The notes under the pieces are model-generated. The model was given only the letters and a program-made list of their open reading frames with translations. It was not told where the DNA came from and did no database searches. A DNA stretch of 63,330 nt, counting the filler, from Stramenopiles sp. TOSAG23-2 (taxonomy: Eukaryota): the NCBI GenBank assembly GCA_900128395.1. It is 44 parts of 44 records of this genome, joined end to end, with 100 filler letters (N's around TTAATTAATTAA, not from the genome) between each part and the next. Parts side by side here need not be neighbours in the genome. Positions count along the whole stretch, not along the records: positions 34,718 to 36,058 come from LT653141.1; positions 36,159 to 37,498 come from LT653142.1; positions 37,599 to 38,938 come from LT653143.1; positions 39,039 to 40,378 come from LT653144.1; positions 40,479 to 41,817 come from LT653145.1; positions 41,918 to 43,256 come from LT653146.1; positions 43,357 to 44,695 come from LT653147.1; positions 44,796 to 46,134 come from LT653148.1; 36 more parts are not named here. One strand, 5' to 3'. Of this stretch, positions 34,718 through 47,671 are shown piece by piece; position 1 is the stretch's first letter; each line of letters starts with the position of its first letter. Made by a program: the position numbers and the translations under genes.

Positions 34718-36058
34718 ATAGTACAACTCTTGGATTAAATGGAAAATATTATTTGTACAAATTATATATGTACGAATTTATTGAAAATTGGATCCAATTT
34801 AGTAATTTAATATCAATTTATTTATGTACATTACCAATGGCGTGGAATATGATCTTTTATCTTGTACTTATCTTGGAATCAACATATCGTTGTAAATTAT
34901 TTTATAAACTAATATGGGGAACCAATATAAATATTGGTATTAGCGAACGTAATTTTCAAATTATTCTTGACATATTTGTGGATAATTTTTTTTTATATGT
35001 ACCCCTTGCTTTGTGTTTGACATATAGAATGCATATATCTACTATGGAGCTTCTTCAAATTGTGTTGATGCCTTCCTTCTCTTTGCTTGGAAAATTACGA
35101 TCTATATTTAGGCAAATTCTATATGACAATGTCGTATCAAGTATTGTAAAGAAAGAACAGGAACATGCTAAATTAATAAATAGAAATAGAAAATCAATAT
35201 ATAGCACTAGTAATCACAGCAGCACAATCGAAAGGTTGCAAAATAAATATTTCCTAAGGAAGGCAAAACTAGTCGTGTTTGGTTTCAGTTTTGTTTATGT
35301 TTTATCTTTATTATTCCTTGCTGTTGCCCAATTAGCTTCAATATCAAAATTAAATACTTGCAATGATATATTGAATGTAGATGATGATGATGATGGTAAT
35401 ATATGGAAAGAAAATTGTAAAATTCAAATACCATATTGTAAACGCTTGTTTGATCCAAAATGCAATTGTGTATATTTACATGTAGAACATAAATTAAATT
35501 TAACTAGATTACCTGATAATATTGTAAACGAAATGGACGGCTTAAGAAAAGTTGTCATTAAAAATTGCAGTTTAAAATCATTTCCTGCCAATATGGAGCA
35601 ATTGAAAAATATATTTATATTTGAAGTTATATATAATCAATTAAACGATTTTAATATTGATATTAGTAAATGGGGCAGTTTGTTCATTTTACGTTTACAN
35701 NNNNNNNNNNNNNNNNNNNNNNNNNNNNNNNNNNNNNNNNNNNNNNNNNNNNNNNNNNNNNNNNNNNNNNNNNNNNNNNNNNNNNNNNNNNNNNNNNNNN
35801 NNNNNNNNNNNNNNNNNNNNNNNNNNNNNNNNNNNNNNNNNTAACATTACAAATTATGATGTAAATGCACTATGGACACATAAAAGTGTTTATGCAATCG
35901 AAATATATAACAATATTGGTTTCAAAGCACCTAGTAGTGATGTAAAGATTAATATGCCTTCATTGCTTGGGCTGAATCTTATGAATAATGAAATGCCGTT
36001 GAACATCAATTTTAACACAGAAAATTTTCCAAATTTGAAGTTTTTAATATTAAATGGA
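34718..36058 (+). CDS. Multi-pass membrane protein with Cys cap and leucine-rich repeats (spans gap 35700-35841)
   Basis: Several hydrophobic helices, CKIQIPYCKRLFDPKCNC, then LxxLxIxNxxL repeats. Confidence 0.75.
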
Positions 36059-36158
36059 NNNNNNNNNNNNNNNNNNNNNNNNNNNNNNNNNNNNNNNNNN
36101 NNTTAATTAATTAANNNNNNNNNNNNNNNNNNNNNNNNNNNNNNNNNNNNNNNNNNNN

Positions 36159-37498
36159 AACTTGTGCTTGCCCATATGTTAATGATGCTTTACTATGTAT
36201 CACACTTTTCCCAAACTTTGTGTTAACAATAGCACCATCTAATGTCATTTCCCATATGACGGAGAAGGAAAAGCGATCTACTCCGCTTACTAATGAACAT
36301 AATGTCGTAGTTAAAAGTCCCGGCAACATATCAAGCCGGCGATCGACAAGGTATGTACTAGTCGAACGAGATGCAGCTTCTAAATCAATCGCAGTTCCAG
36401 GTTTTACAAAATTTGTAACGTCAGCTATATGCACACCGACTTCACAATTGCCATTTGGCAACAATCGATAATGTAAAGCATCATCGATATCTTTACATCC
36501 AGGTGGATCAATGCTACAAACATGTAAATGTCTTAAATCCATACGCCCTTTCATATTTTCCTCGGTAACTTTCCAATCCTTTGGTGGTAAACAATTCATA
36601 ACATTTTTAGAAAATGCTGCAGTTGGTATCTCATGTTCCAATAAAACAACTTGCGTTTCCGTTTCCCTATCACCAATTTCACCAATTGTTTTTAAATAAT
36701 GGCCTACTGGATACATACTATTAATACCCCATCCATCTAACGCAACTAATATTCGTTTTCCGATTAAATTTTTCGTTTGTTTTGAATATAAATATATTCT
36801 TGGTATTCTAGCATCAACAGGTACAAATAATGATCTTCCTTTCGGATCATTTAAACTTGATGGTAAAATTGAACCACAAAATGGACGTAAATTTCTACGT
36901 ATGATTCCAACCACTTCTACGTATATAGTTTCTTCTTTATTATCATTAGTAGATACATTGGAAGATGTCATAGCGCCCATTTGATCATTATTGGTTTGAT
37001 TTTTCTTTTCAATGTTATTATTATTATTATTATCATCATCTTCCTTCTCTAGAATCTCATTGCTATCAATATCATTTGTAATATCATTATCATCTCCATA
37101 TTGATCCCACATTTTAAATTGAGTTGCTTTTGGATTATCCATCATCCAACGTTTTTCTTTCATATTGTTTTGTTCTTGTTCTTCCTTTGTCAATATACGT
37201 ACAGCAACTAAATCACCATCAACAGCTCTATTTCTAGATATAAATCCATTAATTTTTGCATAAAACCCAAGTTTCGAGGAACGCAATGCTATATTTGCTT
37301 CTAATGGAAAATTTTTATCTACACGTATTTTACCTTTATAATACGTTCCTAATTTTACACCTTTCTCAATATCTGATAATGATTTATATGCTGGATATAA
37401 TATATTTTCCCCATTCTGATCACCAGCTCCTCCTCCAGATCCTTCTTCTTCCCGATCCATTAATCCTTCTGTATGTGCTAACATTTCTAACATTTCTG
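36159..37498 (-). CDS. DIS3: Exosome catalytic subunit DIS3/RRP44 (RNB family), internal fragment
   Basis: NRAVDGDLVAV, CSIDPPGCKDIDDALH, EVGVHIADV, STYLVDRRLDMLP. Confidence 0.95.
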
Positions 37499-38031
37499 NN
37501 NNNNNNNNNNNNNNNNNNNNNNNNNNNNNNNNNNNNNNNNNNTTAATTAATTAANNNNNNNNNNNNNNNNNNNNNNNNNNNNNNNNNNNNNNNNNNNNTT
37601 TTTTCGATACTTTCGTTTTCTTCTTTTTGGGCATATTATTGAAATTTATAATTGAAATTTTAAAAAATTGATTTACAAAAAAACCAATAATAATAAGTAA
37701 ATATATATATACGTATATATATATGTATGTACGATGTAACACCAATAGTATATAATCAAAAAGGTTTATTGGTTCCTTACTAAAAAACGACTGTTAATGA
37801 TTTTTCGATATTTTCTATCAATATGTTTTCTATTGTTCCTTTCTCTTGTGTGCTGCTTGTACAGGTATAGAGAAAGGATATATCGATAGATATCTATTTT
37901 GATATTTTTTTGATATTTTGATGATCGATCGAAAAATCCGAAAATATTATATAGGTATTTTAAAGATATTAGTATACAAACAATACAACTTATAAAAAAT
38001 TATACCACCAGTCTTTTTTCTTCCGCCACTA

Positions 38032-38935
38032 GTCGGCCGTCTAACGTGAATGTTCTTATGTGTAGTGTTATTTTTGGACATATTTTAAGGTAAAATGTTA
38101 TTTTCAAGGCCTGTGTAGTGCTAATTGCATTTTTTTGCTGATGAGAACATTTTTTTTTGATGAAGAAGAAATGTGTTTTTTGTTGGGAATATAGATTGTT
38201 CATTTAACTATGCATTTATATTTAATACATTAAATGGAAAAAGATATTATCATAAACTAAAAAATTAAAAGTAAAATTTAATTTTATATTACCTAAAATT
38301 TTAAATATATTATCTAAACATGTATTCAAAACATCTCCCACACCAAACATATCATTGTTATAAAAAATACATATGATTTCATAACAATATATTTACGCTT
38401 GTGTGCGTGGTTATTTTGTCATACAAATGAAGAATATAACAATACACACTATTGGTTTTTAAAAAAGTAAATTTGAATTTAAACCATTTAAATGATCAAA
38501 AGTTCGTTTTGAATAAGTTGAAACTGAGGGGAGTTAACAGGTACCTCAATAGCTTGTCTGATGGATGTAACCCTCACTTAAATGTTCCAATTCTGAGGTC
38601 CCTGTTAACTATTCCCAGTTTCAAATTATCTCCAATTTAGTATCTACCTTTTCTCCCATTGGTCTTGCAAGTGATGTATCTTTTGCATGTATTTAGCATG
38701 TATTAAATATTTTAACATTTGCATTAAAAAATTTGTAAGTACAAAACCTACCATTAGAATAGCATTAGAGCTTTTAAAAATAAAGTGTATTACTATTGAT
38801 AAATATATGGACCAATTTGATGTAAATATTAATTTCATCGAGTTAGCACTACACAGGCCTTGAAAAAGACGGTTTACCTTAAAATATTCCCCAAAATAAC
38901 ACTACACATAAGAAGATTGACGTTAGGCGTCCGAC
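38032..38935. mobile_element. About 900-bp non-coding element with 93-bp imperfect terminal inverted repeats
   Basis: 38032-38124 versus the reverse complement of 38843-38935: 82 of 93 identical, ungapped, by hand alignment. Confidence 0.75.
38513..38629. repeat. Internal 36-bp imperfect inverted repeat with 45-nt loop
   Basis: 38513-38548 versus 38594-38629: 30 of 36 complementary. Confidence 0.8.
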
Positions 38936-39038
38936 GCTNNNNNNNNNNNNNNNNNNNNNNNNNNNNNNNNNNNNNNNNNNNNTTAATTAATTAANNNNNN
39001 NNNNNNNNNNNNNNNNNNNNNNNNNNNNNNNNNNNNNN

Positions 39039-39142
39039 CCCATTTTTCCACCAAGATAATTACCAGTATATAATGATGCTGTTCCGACACCAAACGCAAT
39101 TCCAACACCACCGATTCTTAATAAATTTTTTGTTGAAAACAT
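39039..39142 (-). CDS. 5' end of a gene (MFSTKNLLRIGGVGIAFGVG...)
   Basis: ATG open to the contig end, with a hydrophobic Gly-rich stretch. Confidence 0.45.
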
Positions 39143-39640
39143 GGTATTATAATCTTGCGGTTAATTAATGATTAACAACCGTTCTTATGATAATTCTCAT
39201 TTTCTGTATATATGTATATTTGTATGCATATATAACGATCATTTATTATTTATATTCATTCTGTCTCCTTATATTATAAATATTCTATATGCAGCAACCA
39301 TAGGAATAGTAGTATTGTTGTTGTGATGATTATTTTTTACCAACGTTTATTTGGTTGGTATACACATATCCAATCGTCGCATGATAATTTAAAAGGTGTT
39401 ATATACAACACCCATACGGATGCAAGTACAATAGTATATATTATCATCCAACACAACTACGATCAATATCATTAATCGCTTGATACATCTCATAATAAGT
39501 TGTAAATGTATTTTGAACAAGTGGCAACAACAATAACTCATTTGCATTTTTATTATTAGATATATATTCCAAATTTTTATTCATAATACATGCAACAATA
39601 ATTGTTATTAATACCCATAGTAGTCTCATCGTCGTTCAAC

Positions 39641-39642
<2 letters not shown>

Positions 39643-39676
<34 letters not shown>
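39643..39676 (+). repeat. (GT)17 microsatellite
   Basis: Read directly from the sequence. Confidence 0.92.
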
Positions 39677-39679
<3 letters not shown>

Positions 39680-39972
39680 TGCAGTGTGATATTTTTTTAA
39701 ATGCAAATGAATTTTTCTGTTTCATTCTTTTGCAATTTATTATTTTTTTCTTGTAATTTGTGTTTGGAATTGAAATGTTTTGTATATATAATGTGCGTGT
39801 GTGATGGACCCCAAATTCAAATTTAAATTATTCTAAGACCTATATATACCCCTTAAATACAAAAAAAATACAAAAATATTCATTACAAAAGTATTATAGT
39901 ATACAGAGAGAGTAAATTTGAAAACAAAAAAGAGGAACACATATTTTTTTATTGTGTTTGCAACACAAGCAG

Positions 39973-40378
39973 TGTAATTTGAATTTATAATTTTATGTTT
40001 TTAATATTTGGGCTTAGTCACTTCAGTGTCACTGCATTCAAATACGCCCCGTACATTGAAAATATAAAAAATTACGAACTGTACGGGAAGTATTACGAAT
40101 GAATCGTATGATATCTTTTTACAACATCTCCTCTCCCCCACCATTCACACATTTAACAATATCCAAGCCATCGATATTTGTACTATATAAATGTAATTTG
40201 AATTTATAATTTTATGTTTTTAATATTTGGGCTTAGTCACTTCAGTCACTGCATTCAAATACGACCCGTACATTGAAAATATAAAAAATTACGAGAAGTA
40301 TTACAATCGTATCTTTTTACAAAATCTCCTCTCCCCCACCATTCACACATTTAACAATATCCAAGCCATCGATATTTG
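39973..40378 (+). repeat. Imperfect tandem duplication (39973-40180 and 40192-40378)
   Basis: Both start TGTAATTTGAATTTATAA and end CCATCGATATTTG; they differ by indels and substitutions. Confidence 0.9.
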
Positions 40379-42030
40379 NNNNNNNNNNNNNNNNNNNNNN
40401 NNNNNNNNNNNNNNNNNNNNNNTTAATTAATTAANNNNNNNNNNNNNNNNNNNNNNNNNNNNNNNNNNNNNNNNNNNNTAATGCATAACTTATTTTTTAA
40501 TTTACTCATGATAATTCCTACTCTCCAGAAAGAGTACATTTTAATATTTTTTAATATTTTTTATATATATATACGCGTATATTTTGAGTAAGAGAAATAA
40601 TATATATTATATTTTGAGAAGGTAAAAAAAATGAAAATGTCTGCTGTAATATGCATACAAATAATGCGTATGTCATATCATATGATATGATATCATACAT
40701 TGCATTATGATATGATACGCGTATAATATCATTACTCGTTACGAAGTACGTAGAATATTTTTCAATTAGTATATATGTGCAGTAATCAGATATGATACGA
40801 CGCTTCGTATAAGACATTACTGTCCTATAGTATCATATAATATCATAGTCGCAAAATATTTTCAGTATAAATCATACATATGTCAGTATGATATATCAAG
40901 TGTATATACTTACGGGAGTAAAAAAAACTTTGTATATAAATTATGTGTAAGAGAAAATTTTTATATATATTTTTATATTATTGTGAGAGAGATATTTTTA
41001 CCTCGTTCTCATATATATCTTATCTCTTCTTTCTCTAGTTATGTCTCTCTACTTTTTATTGCTGGACATTTTTTTTTTAGCAGCATCTTCATATAATTTT
41101 AACCATTATCACGTAATAATAATACTAGTAATATGTTCTGAATCAGTATATCTCTCGCTTGATGATGATGCACTTTCAAGTCCTGGCATGTCAGCATAAT
41201 TTTCCACGATAATTGTTTGCTTCTTTTGCAAACGTTTTACCAGAGCTTCCAGCTCGCTTATTCTTGTTTGAGCTAGTCTCGCCGATGCTTCATTTCCCTT
41301 TTGTTGTCGTTGCCTTGACCATAACTGTACTACTTTGTATAGTATTACGATAACTCGATAATCAGACTTATAATAAATAATCGATTGGTACTATACAAAT
41401 AACATGTATTGTGTTCATTTCCATGGACAATTAATGTTGGTGCTTTACGTATGTATATTGTAAATGTGTTCATTTGTACTTGTACTGTTCATTTTATCTT
41501 AATTATAAACTTATCCAGTTATGTATTACTACTTGTGACAGTCTTAAAGTCGCGTTACATTTGGTGCGTCTAAAAGGCTGTCTTACATTACGTATTAGCG
41601 CCTATACTATTCTTTAGATATTAAGGTATATTGGTCGACAGTTTTCATCAATACTTTTGGGCAAGCGGGCAAGCATTATCTGCAATGGCAATGCCATGCC
41701 AAGTGGTTGGTTTTCTATACACCAGGTACACCACAGGTATTAATACCAGTATTTAATTTAATATAATTGAAATAATACCTACTGTAGGTAACGAACTACA
41801 GTGAATCAATTTAAAATNNNNNNNNNNNNNNNNNNNNNNNNNNNNNNNNNNNNNNNNNNNNTTAATTAATTAANNNNNNNNNNNNNNNNNNNNNNNNNNN
41901 NNNNNNNNNNNNNNNNNCTTTCAGGCGTTGATCATGTTATCTTGTGGCATTAAGAAATTAACACACTGCAAAATTGTTGTATGTGCTGTGGCGTTTTTGT
42001 ATAAAAATACCTCTTTGCCAATTTATACGT

Positions 42031-43254
42031 TCATGAATATCCCCCACCATACGTATTAATTAAATATTTTACAACATTTTGTATACCAATACGCATTTTT
42101 TTATCTACTTGTTCACCATTATCTAATGTTTTATCAAATGTTTTAGCACTAATGACAAATTCAATACCATTTCCATCATGCAATGGTAAACATACATATC
42201 CATTTAATGTTACTTCGTATTGTTTACGAATGGATGAATATCCAAATCCTAATTTACTAAATATACGCCAATCATCTGTCGTTTGATTTAAAAGCATTTT
42301 ATCATCAATACCTAATTGTAAATAAACATCGGAACTCATTGACATGCCACCATATTGTAAAGATGGGAAATAGGTTGAATTTATTGCACCATAAAGTATA
42401 TTTTTACTATTTTCCCATTCAAAATATTCATTATTGATTTGATTATTATCTTCTCTGGAAAATATAATACGTCGTAACCATTCTGCCATTGTAATAGAAC
42501 TCATCGTATTTGATAATGGTGGTATTGGTGTTGGATCTGGTATGATCTTTTGAATGATTTGATGATGATGGTAAGGATTGTACAAGGTATTTGTAAATGT
42601 ATATTCTAATGGTGGACTTGGTACTGGTTCACCATAATTACCACCAAATGTTTCCATGGATGATGCACCTAATATTTCATGTATAAATTGATTTGCATGT
42701 TTATGCCCACCAATGGAATGGTAATATGCACCAATTCCATTTGATGTTAACTTCTTAGTTGTATCATACGATGTAACAATTGTCATTAAATCGGATAATG
42801 TCACATTCGTTTCCTTACCAATCTCATACATTGATAAATTAACTTTATGACCTGCATTATGACCTGCATATATTTTAGATGATGACCATGTTTCATGTGG
42901 ATCTTTCGCATTTTTACCAATATATCGTATTTTATAGCTATCATAATTTGATGGATCGCGTTGAATAATACCAATAGCTATTGAAAAATCATTTGTAGTA
43001 GTATCAATATTATTATTTGAGGAAAAAAGAATATGATTTAATTCAGTCTCATTTATAATGATATTTGATATATTTGTGGATGGTGGATAAAATGATGGTT
43101 CAACTGTACGACGATCGATATGTTTAAACGATGGACATTGAAAATCTCGATTGAATAGTTTTGGAAATTGTTTTTGACATAAACGATCATCTAAACCAAT
43201 CAATGCATCTTTTTCATGTTTTGGACCACACCAATTTAATTTTTTTCTTAATTC
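42031..43254 (-). CDS. Hypothetical protein, possible beta-lactamase/transpeptidase-like fold (5' partial)
   Basis: Long ORF; WSSSKI (SxxK), TSNGIG and FSKLGFG occur in the order of the three penicillin-binding-protein motifs. Confidence 0.4.
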   Translation of the reverse strand, partial: ELRKKLNWCGPKHEKDALIGLDDRLCQKQFPKLFNRDFQCPSFKHIDRRTVEPSFYPPSTNISNIIINETELNHILFSSNNNIDTTTNDFSIAIGIIQRDPSNYDSYKIRYIGKNAKDPHETWSSSKIYAGHNAGHKVNLSMYEIGKETNVTLSDLMTIVTSYDTTKKLTSNGIGAYYHSIGGHKHANQFIHEILGASSMETFGGNYGEPVPSPPLEYTFTNTLYNPYHHHQIIQKIIPDPTPIPPLSNTMSSITMAEWLRRIIFSREDNNQINNEYFEWENSKNILYGAINSTYFPSLQYGGMSMSSDVYLQLGIDDKMLLNQTTDDWRIFSKLGFGYSSIRKQYEVTLNGYVCLPLHDGNGIEFVISAKTFDKTLDNGEQVDKKMRIGIQNVVKYLINTYGGGYS

Positions 43255-43872
43255 ATNNNNNNNNNNNNNNNNNNNNNNNNNNNNNNNNNNNNNNNNNNNN
43301 TTAATTAATTAANNNNNNNNNNNNNNNNNNNNNNNNNNNNNNNNNNNNNNNNNNNNATTTGAGATGGGAGTTAAATTGGAGAAAAATGGGGATAGAGTGT
43401 GGTGTGATTAAATTATTAAAAAAGGGTTGTTTTTACAAAATAAACTTTTCTTTTTTTGAAATTAAAAAATATGTGAAAAAATATTCTTTTATTACCGCGC
43501 CCTTAAAATACACTCTCTTGACACTATGAAACATTTTAATTATCTATTATATTATGTCAAAAATATATGGTTTTTATATATATATTTTACTCATATTATT
43601 TTCTTGCGAATTGAGTATTGAGCATATTACTTTAACACGGAGAAGTGTAAAAATATTATAACTTTATCAATCTATTTTACTCACAATATATGAAAGAAGG
43701 TACATCTCCATTTAATTTAAAAAAAACACTACGGCATCGTATTTTTTAGAGTATGATAGAGAGTGTATTACACACACTTTTAAGAAGAATACGAAATACG
43801 TACATTTACGTACTATGGGAAATGTCAGAGAGAACCCCACAACACCCCATATCACACCAAATATTTATTTTT

Positions 43873-44693
43873 TCACTTCTTTCCCCTTGGTCTACGTCCA
43901 GGACCTTTCTTTTTTTTCACTAATTTACGTGCTTCTATTTGTTTCAATGCTTTTCTTCTACGTTTTTCTTCTTGTGAATATAATATTACCCCAGGGAAAC
44001 CACTACCCTTGGTCTACGTCCAGGACCTTTCTTTTTTTTCACTAATTTACGTGCTTCTATTTGTTTCAATGCTTTTCTTCTACGTTTTTCTTCTTGTGAA
44101 TATAATATTACCCCAGGGAAACCACTATGTAATTGCCCTTTTGTCCAATCATTATACCATTGCACATCTTCCGGTTTACATTTACCTAAATAATCAGCAA
44201 TTTCTTGTTTTAAATCTTTTAATTTTATTTTCGCTTCTATACGTGCTGCATGTTTCATTCGATATATACGATTTTTTGCTTGTTTAATTCGTATTCTACC
44301 TTGTATTTTCAATGCCATTGCTTCTCGTTCCTCTTCTTTACGTTTTTGTTCTTGGTGGGTATAAAGTTTCCATGTATCAAAAAATAAACTTTTCTCATTA
44401 AACAGTAATCTAGTGATATATATTATCGGACCAATTTTACGTATAACTTTTGCAATTGATAATTCACGTTTACGTACAAGTTCTTCTTTTTTACCTATTT
44501 TTTCCAATTGTGTTTTATCATACATACATGTTAAACTAGGTCGATCATCACCTAATAATTTGACATATTTTTCTTTCAATTTATATTTATCAAAATCTTG
44601 CATGGAATCACGTGGCCGTGTCCATGATGTATTATCCCCTTCCTCGTTAATGTAATATACTCGTGGTGGCCTACCTTGTGTACGAAATAATGT
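43873..44693 (-). CDS. WW- and IQ-motif protein (5' partial; C-terminus interrupted by a duplication)
   Basis: RVYYINEEGDNTSWTRP (WW-like) and ALKIQGRIRIKQAK (IQ). Removing one repeat copy gives ...RRPRGKK-stop at 43873. Confidence 0.65.
43884..44127 (+). repeat. Exact 122-bp tandem duplication
   Basis: 43884-44005 equals 44006-44127. Confidence 0.92.
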
Positions 44694-44795
44694 TTNNNNN
44701 NNNNNNNNNNNNNNNNNNNNNNNNNNNNNNNNNNNNNNNTTAATTAATTAANNNNNNNNNNNNNNNNNNNNNNNNNNNNNNNNNNNNNNNNNNNN

Positions 44796-46134
44796 AGCAT
44801 TGCCTTGAACGTACTTTCTCGACCAGTAATAGAGCAAGAGGCGTCACGTCGTCGGCGTTTGCTTGGTTTGCCTGGAGAAGAGACGATCAATTTATTCTGC
44901 GAGGTAGCGGAGATGCCATACAATTTGACCGCAAATTGTACACAAGGAAACACTACATATACATGCAGTGGAGAAACTAAAGGCTCTATCACTGTAAAAT
45001 GTCCTGTCCTGGTCGTTCGTCCAGTTTGTGTTTACTGGAACACTAATAGTAAAACTTGGGCTACAGATGGATGTTCAGTGAAGCAGGATCGAGGAAATGA
45101 AGTAGTTTGTGCATGTAACCATTTGACAGACTTTGGATCTAAATTTAAAACAGTATTTTCAGAAACAGAATCGATCATCGCAATGGATGCATTAAACCCG
45201 GAAAAGGGTGGCAAAAAAATTGAAAATTTTGATGACTTTGCTAATCTAGTTGCTCAAAATTCTTTAGTGTTTATAACCGTCCTAATTCTCTTAATCGTTA
45301 TCTTTTGCGCTTTGTTCCAAGGACATTACAAAGATACTCACGAAAAGTGGAGGCTTCAATTGAAAACAGAAAAGTACCGAAAGTTACTATTCTCGTCATC
45401 AAAAGGAATTGTGCATGATCCATCAAAACAGCCAGATTTTTCAAAAGAAAAATTATGGAATCAGTTTATTTTTGGCATGAAGAATTTCCATCCTGTGCTA
45501 AGCATTTATTACACGCACTCGTTGACTATCTCTCGGCCTCAGCGTATAATGGCATTGATGGTTGTCTTGCTGGTCAATATGTTTTTTGATGCTATGTTTT
45601 TTCAAGTCAGGCACCCGGATCCAAATGCAACGGCTGATCCATTTGAAGCGTTGGTATTTGCTATGATTATCTCATTAGTCAATGTTCCCATTTGCAAATT
45701 TTTTGAATCAATGTATATTTTAGCAGGGTCGGCATATGCAGCTCATGTTCGTTATGAAGTTGAGGCTGAATTTGCTTTAAAAACAAAAGGATTAACATTT
45801 CTTGCTAAAGTAAGGCGACGAATAAAAACGAAAAGAGATGCTGAAGATTACATCCGCCTTGTGGAAGGATATTCTCGAGTAGTAGAGAAAAAGCTAGTCA
45901 AGGCACGCACACAGCAGATCATTGCTCCAACTGAAACTCCCCATGCAAAAAGCGCTAGGAAGAGGATTACAGCTTTACGGGAGGATTACAAAGTTCTATT
46001 TGCTCATAAAAAAGCTGCCTATAAGAAATATTTTGTAAAATTGAAAGACGAGAAAGTCTATCAAGGAAGAGTTACATACGCTTTGTGGGAGGAAGCAAAA
46101 GCAGAATTGCAAGCTGCAAAACGTTGTTGTGTAA
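44796..46134 (+). CDS. GPS/GAIN-domain polycystin-1-like membrane protein, internal fragment
   Basis: CVYWN...WATDGC...VCACNHLTDF; first TM helix; HPVLSIY...SRPQRI as in PKD1-like TM2. Confidence 0.85.
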
Positions 46135-46853
46135 NNNNNNNNNNNNNNNNNNNNNNNNNNNNNNNNNNNNNNNNNNNNTTAATTAATTAANNNNNNNNNN
46201 NNNNNNNNNNNNNNNNNNNNNNNNNNNNNNNNNNTTTAATAATTCGTTATGTGCATGTATGTATATATTATGTCATTGATCCATACATACCAGCATAAGT
46301 ATACTCACACGATTCTATTTATTTGTTGAATTTCAAATTTGCATTTGCTTTACATTTGCGTGCATTTTAATTTATAATAAAAATAATATTATAATATCAT
46401 CATCATCATCATCCTCCATATTAATATTATTATATACAGTATGTTTAGGTGCCAGAGGCTTGGCCAGCTGGCCAGCTGATGGCCAGGTTTGCCAGGGTTT
46501 TTGCCTTTTGCCCTTCTTCGAACTTCGAAGAAAATTTGATGATATTTTCTCCTATATGCATCTATCAAAAAGGTACAATATTATGTATACTCATGTACTA
46601 ATTGTACTAATTTAGTATCCTCACCTACTAAGCAAAGACAAATTATGATCATATCAACGTGCTGTACATATATCACATATTTGTAAGTACATACAATATA
46701 TATATTTATGTCATATTAGTTGTTGCAAGCAGTTTAGTAAAAATGCAAGTTATTATTATATATATTCTAGATATATATATATAATATAAGTTTACATTTT
46801 AGTCATAATCGTCTGTATCTATTCATACACCCTGTATATAATATTATAAAACT

Positions 46854-47129
46854 ATGGGATCTGGAACTTCATCCATACAGCATTATCAACAACAACAACG
46901 AAATGCCGCGTATTTAGTGCAGCCAAACTATAATAATAATAATTATACTAATATGAATCAATTGCAACAGAACCAACTATATCAACAGCAAATGCAACAG
47001 AACCAACTATATCAACAACAAATTCAACGGCAGCAATTGAGACAGCAGCAACTGATTCAGCAACAAGCAGAACAGCAAAGACAACACTTGCTAAATTTCT
47101 CGGTAGAAAAAGAACAAGGAAGCGTTTAG
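46854..47129 (+). CDS. Small Gln-rich protein with N-myristoylation motif
   Basis: MGSGTS start and two QQNQLYQQQ repeats. Confidence 0.55.
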   Translation: MGSGTSSIQHYQQQQRNAAYLVQPNYNNNNYTNMNQLQQNQLYQQQMQQNQLYQQQIQRQQLRQQQLIQQQAEQQRQHLLNFSVEKEQGSV

Positions 47130-47671
47130 TAAAAAAAATTGTTATTCAACAATGTTGGTAATATGCGATTGTAATGTAAACAAGACTTAAGCTTGCAATA
47201 ATTTATAATAATAACGTAGATACAAATGTGAAACAAAACTTAAACAACTTGTTATATTGTGGGTATGTGGGTATAGTTTCGCCATTACGCCTCGTATTTT
47301 CTAGAATTGTATAGCTAATTAACATAACACGTTTGTACGTATTAGCATGGAGTTAGTATTACTGTATCAGACACACACCGTATACGCTCCTCGTAGCCCA
47401 ACAACAGAGAAAGTTAAACAAGTCGATGATGTGTGATCATCATCATCAAAAAAAAAACCAATCAATAATTTAAATTAAAATTGGATTATACAAAAACAAA
47501 AAAGTATCCGGATATGTACAGTTTTATAGTAAAAGACAAAATGTGTATATATATATTGTGTGTGTTACAACNNNNNNNNNNNNNNNNNNNNNNNNNNNNN
47601 NNNNNNNNNNNNNNNTTAATTAATTAANNNNNNNNNNNNNNNNNNNNNNNNNNNNNNNNNNNNNNNNNNNN

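Noticed and set aside
38027-38910. CACTA-superfamily assignment for the foldback element
   Set aside because: The CACTACACA motifs are internal and face the wrong way, and no matching terminus or 3-bp duplication is visible.
41110-41391. Possible minus-strand terminal exon (...QTRISELEALVKRLQ...DMPGLE...)
   Set aside because: It is protein-like and preceded by a possible AG acceptor, but no start, upstream exon or family could be established.
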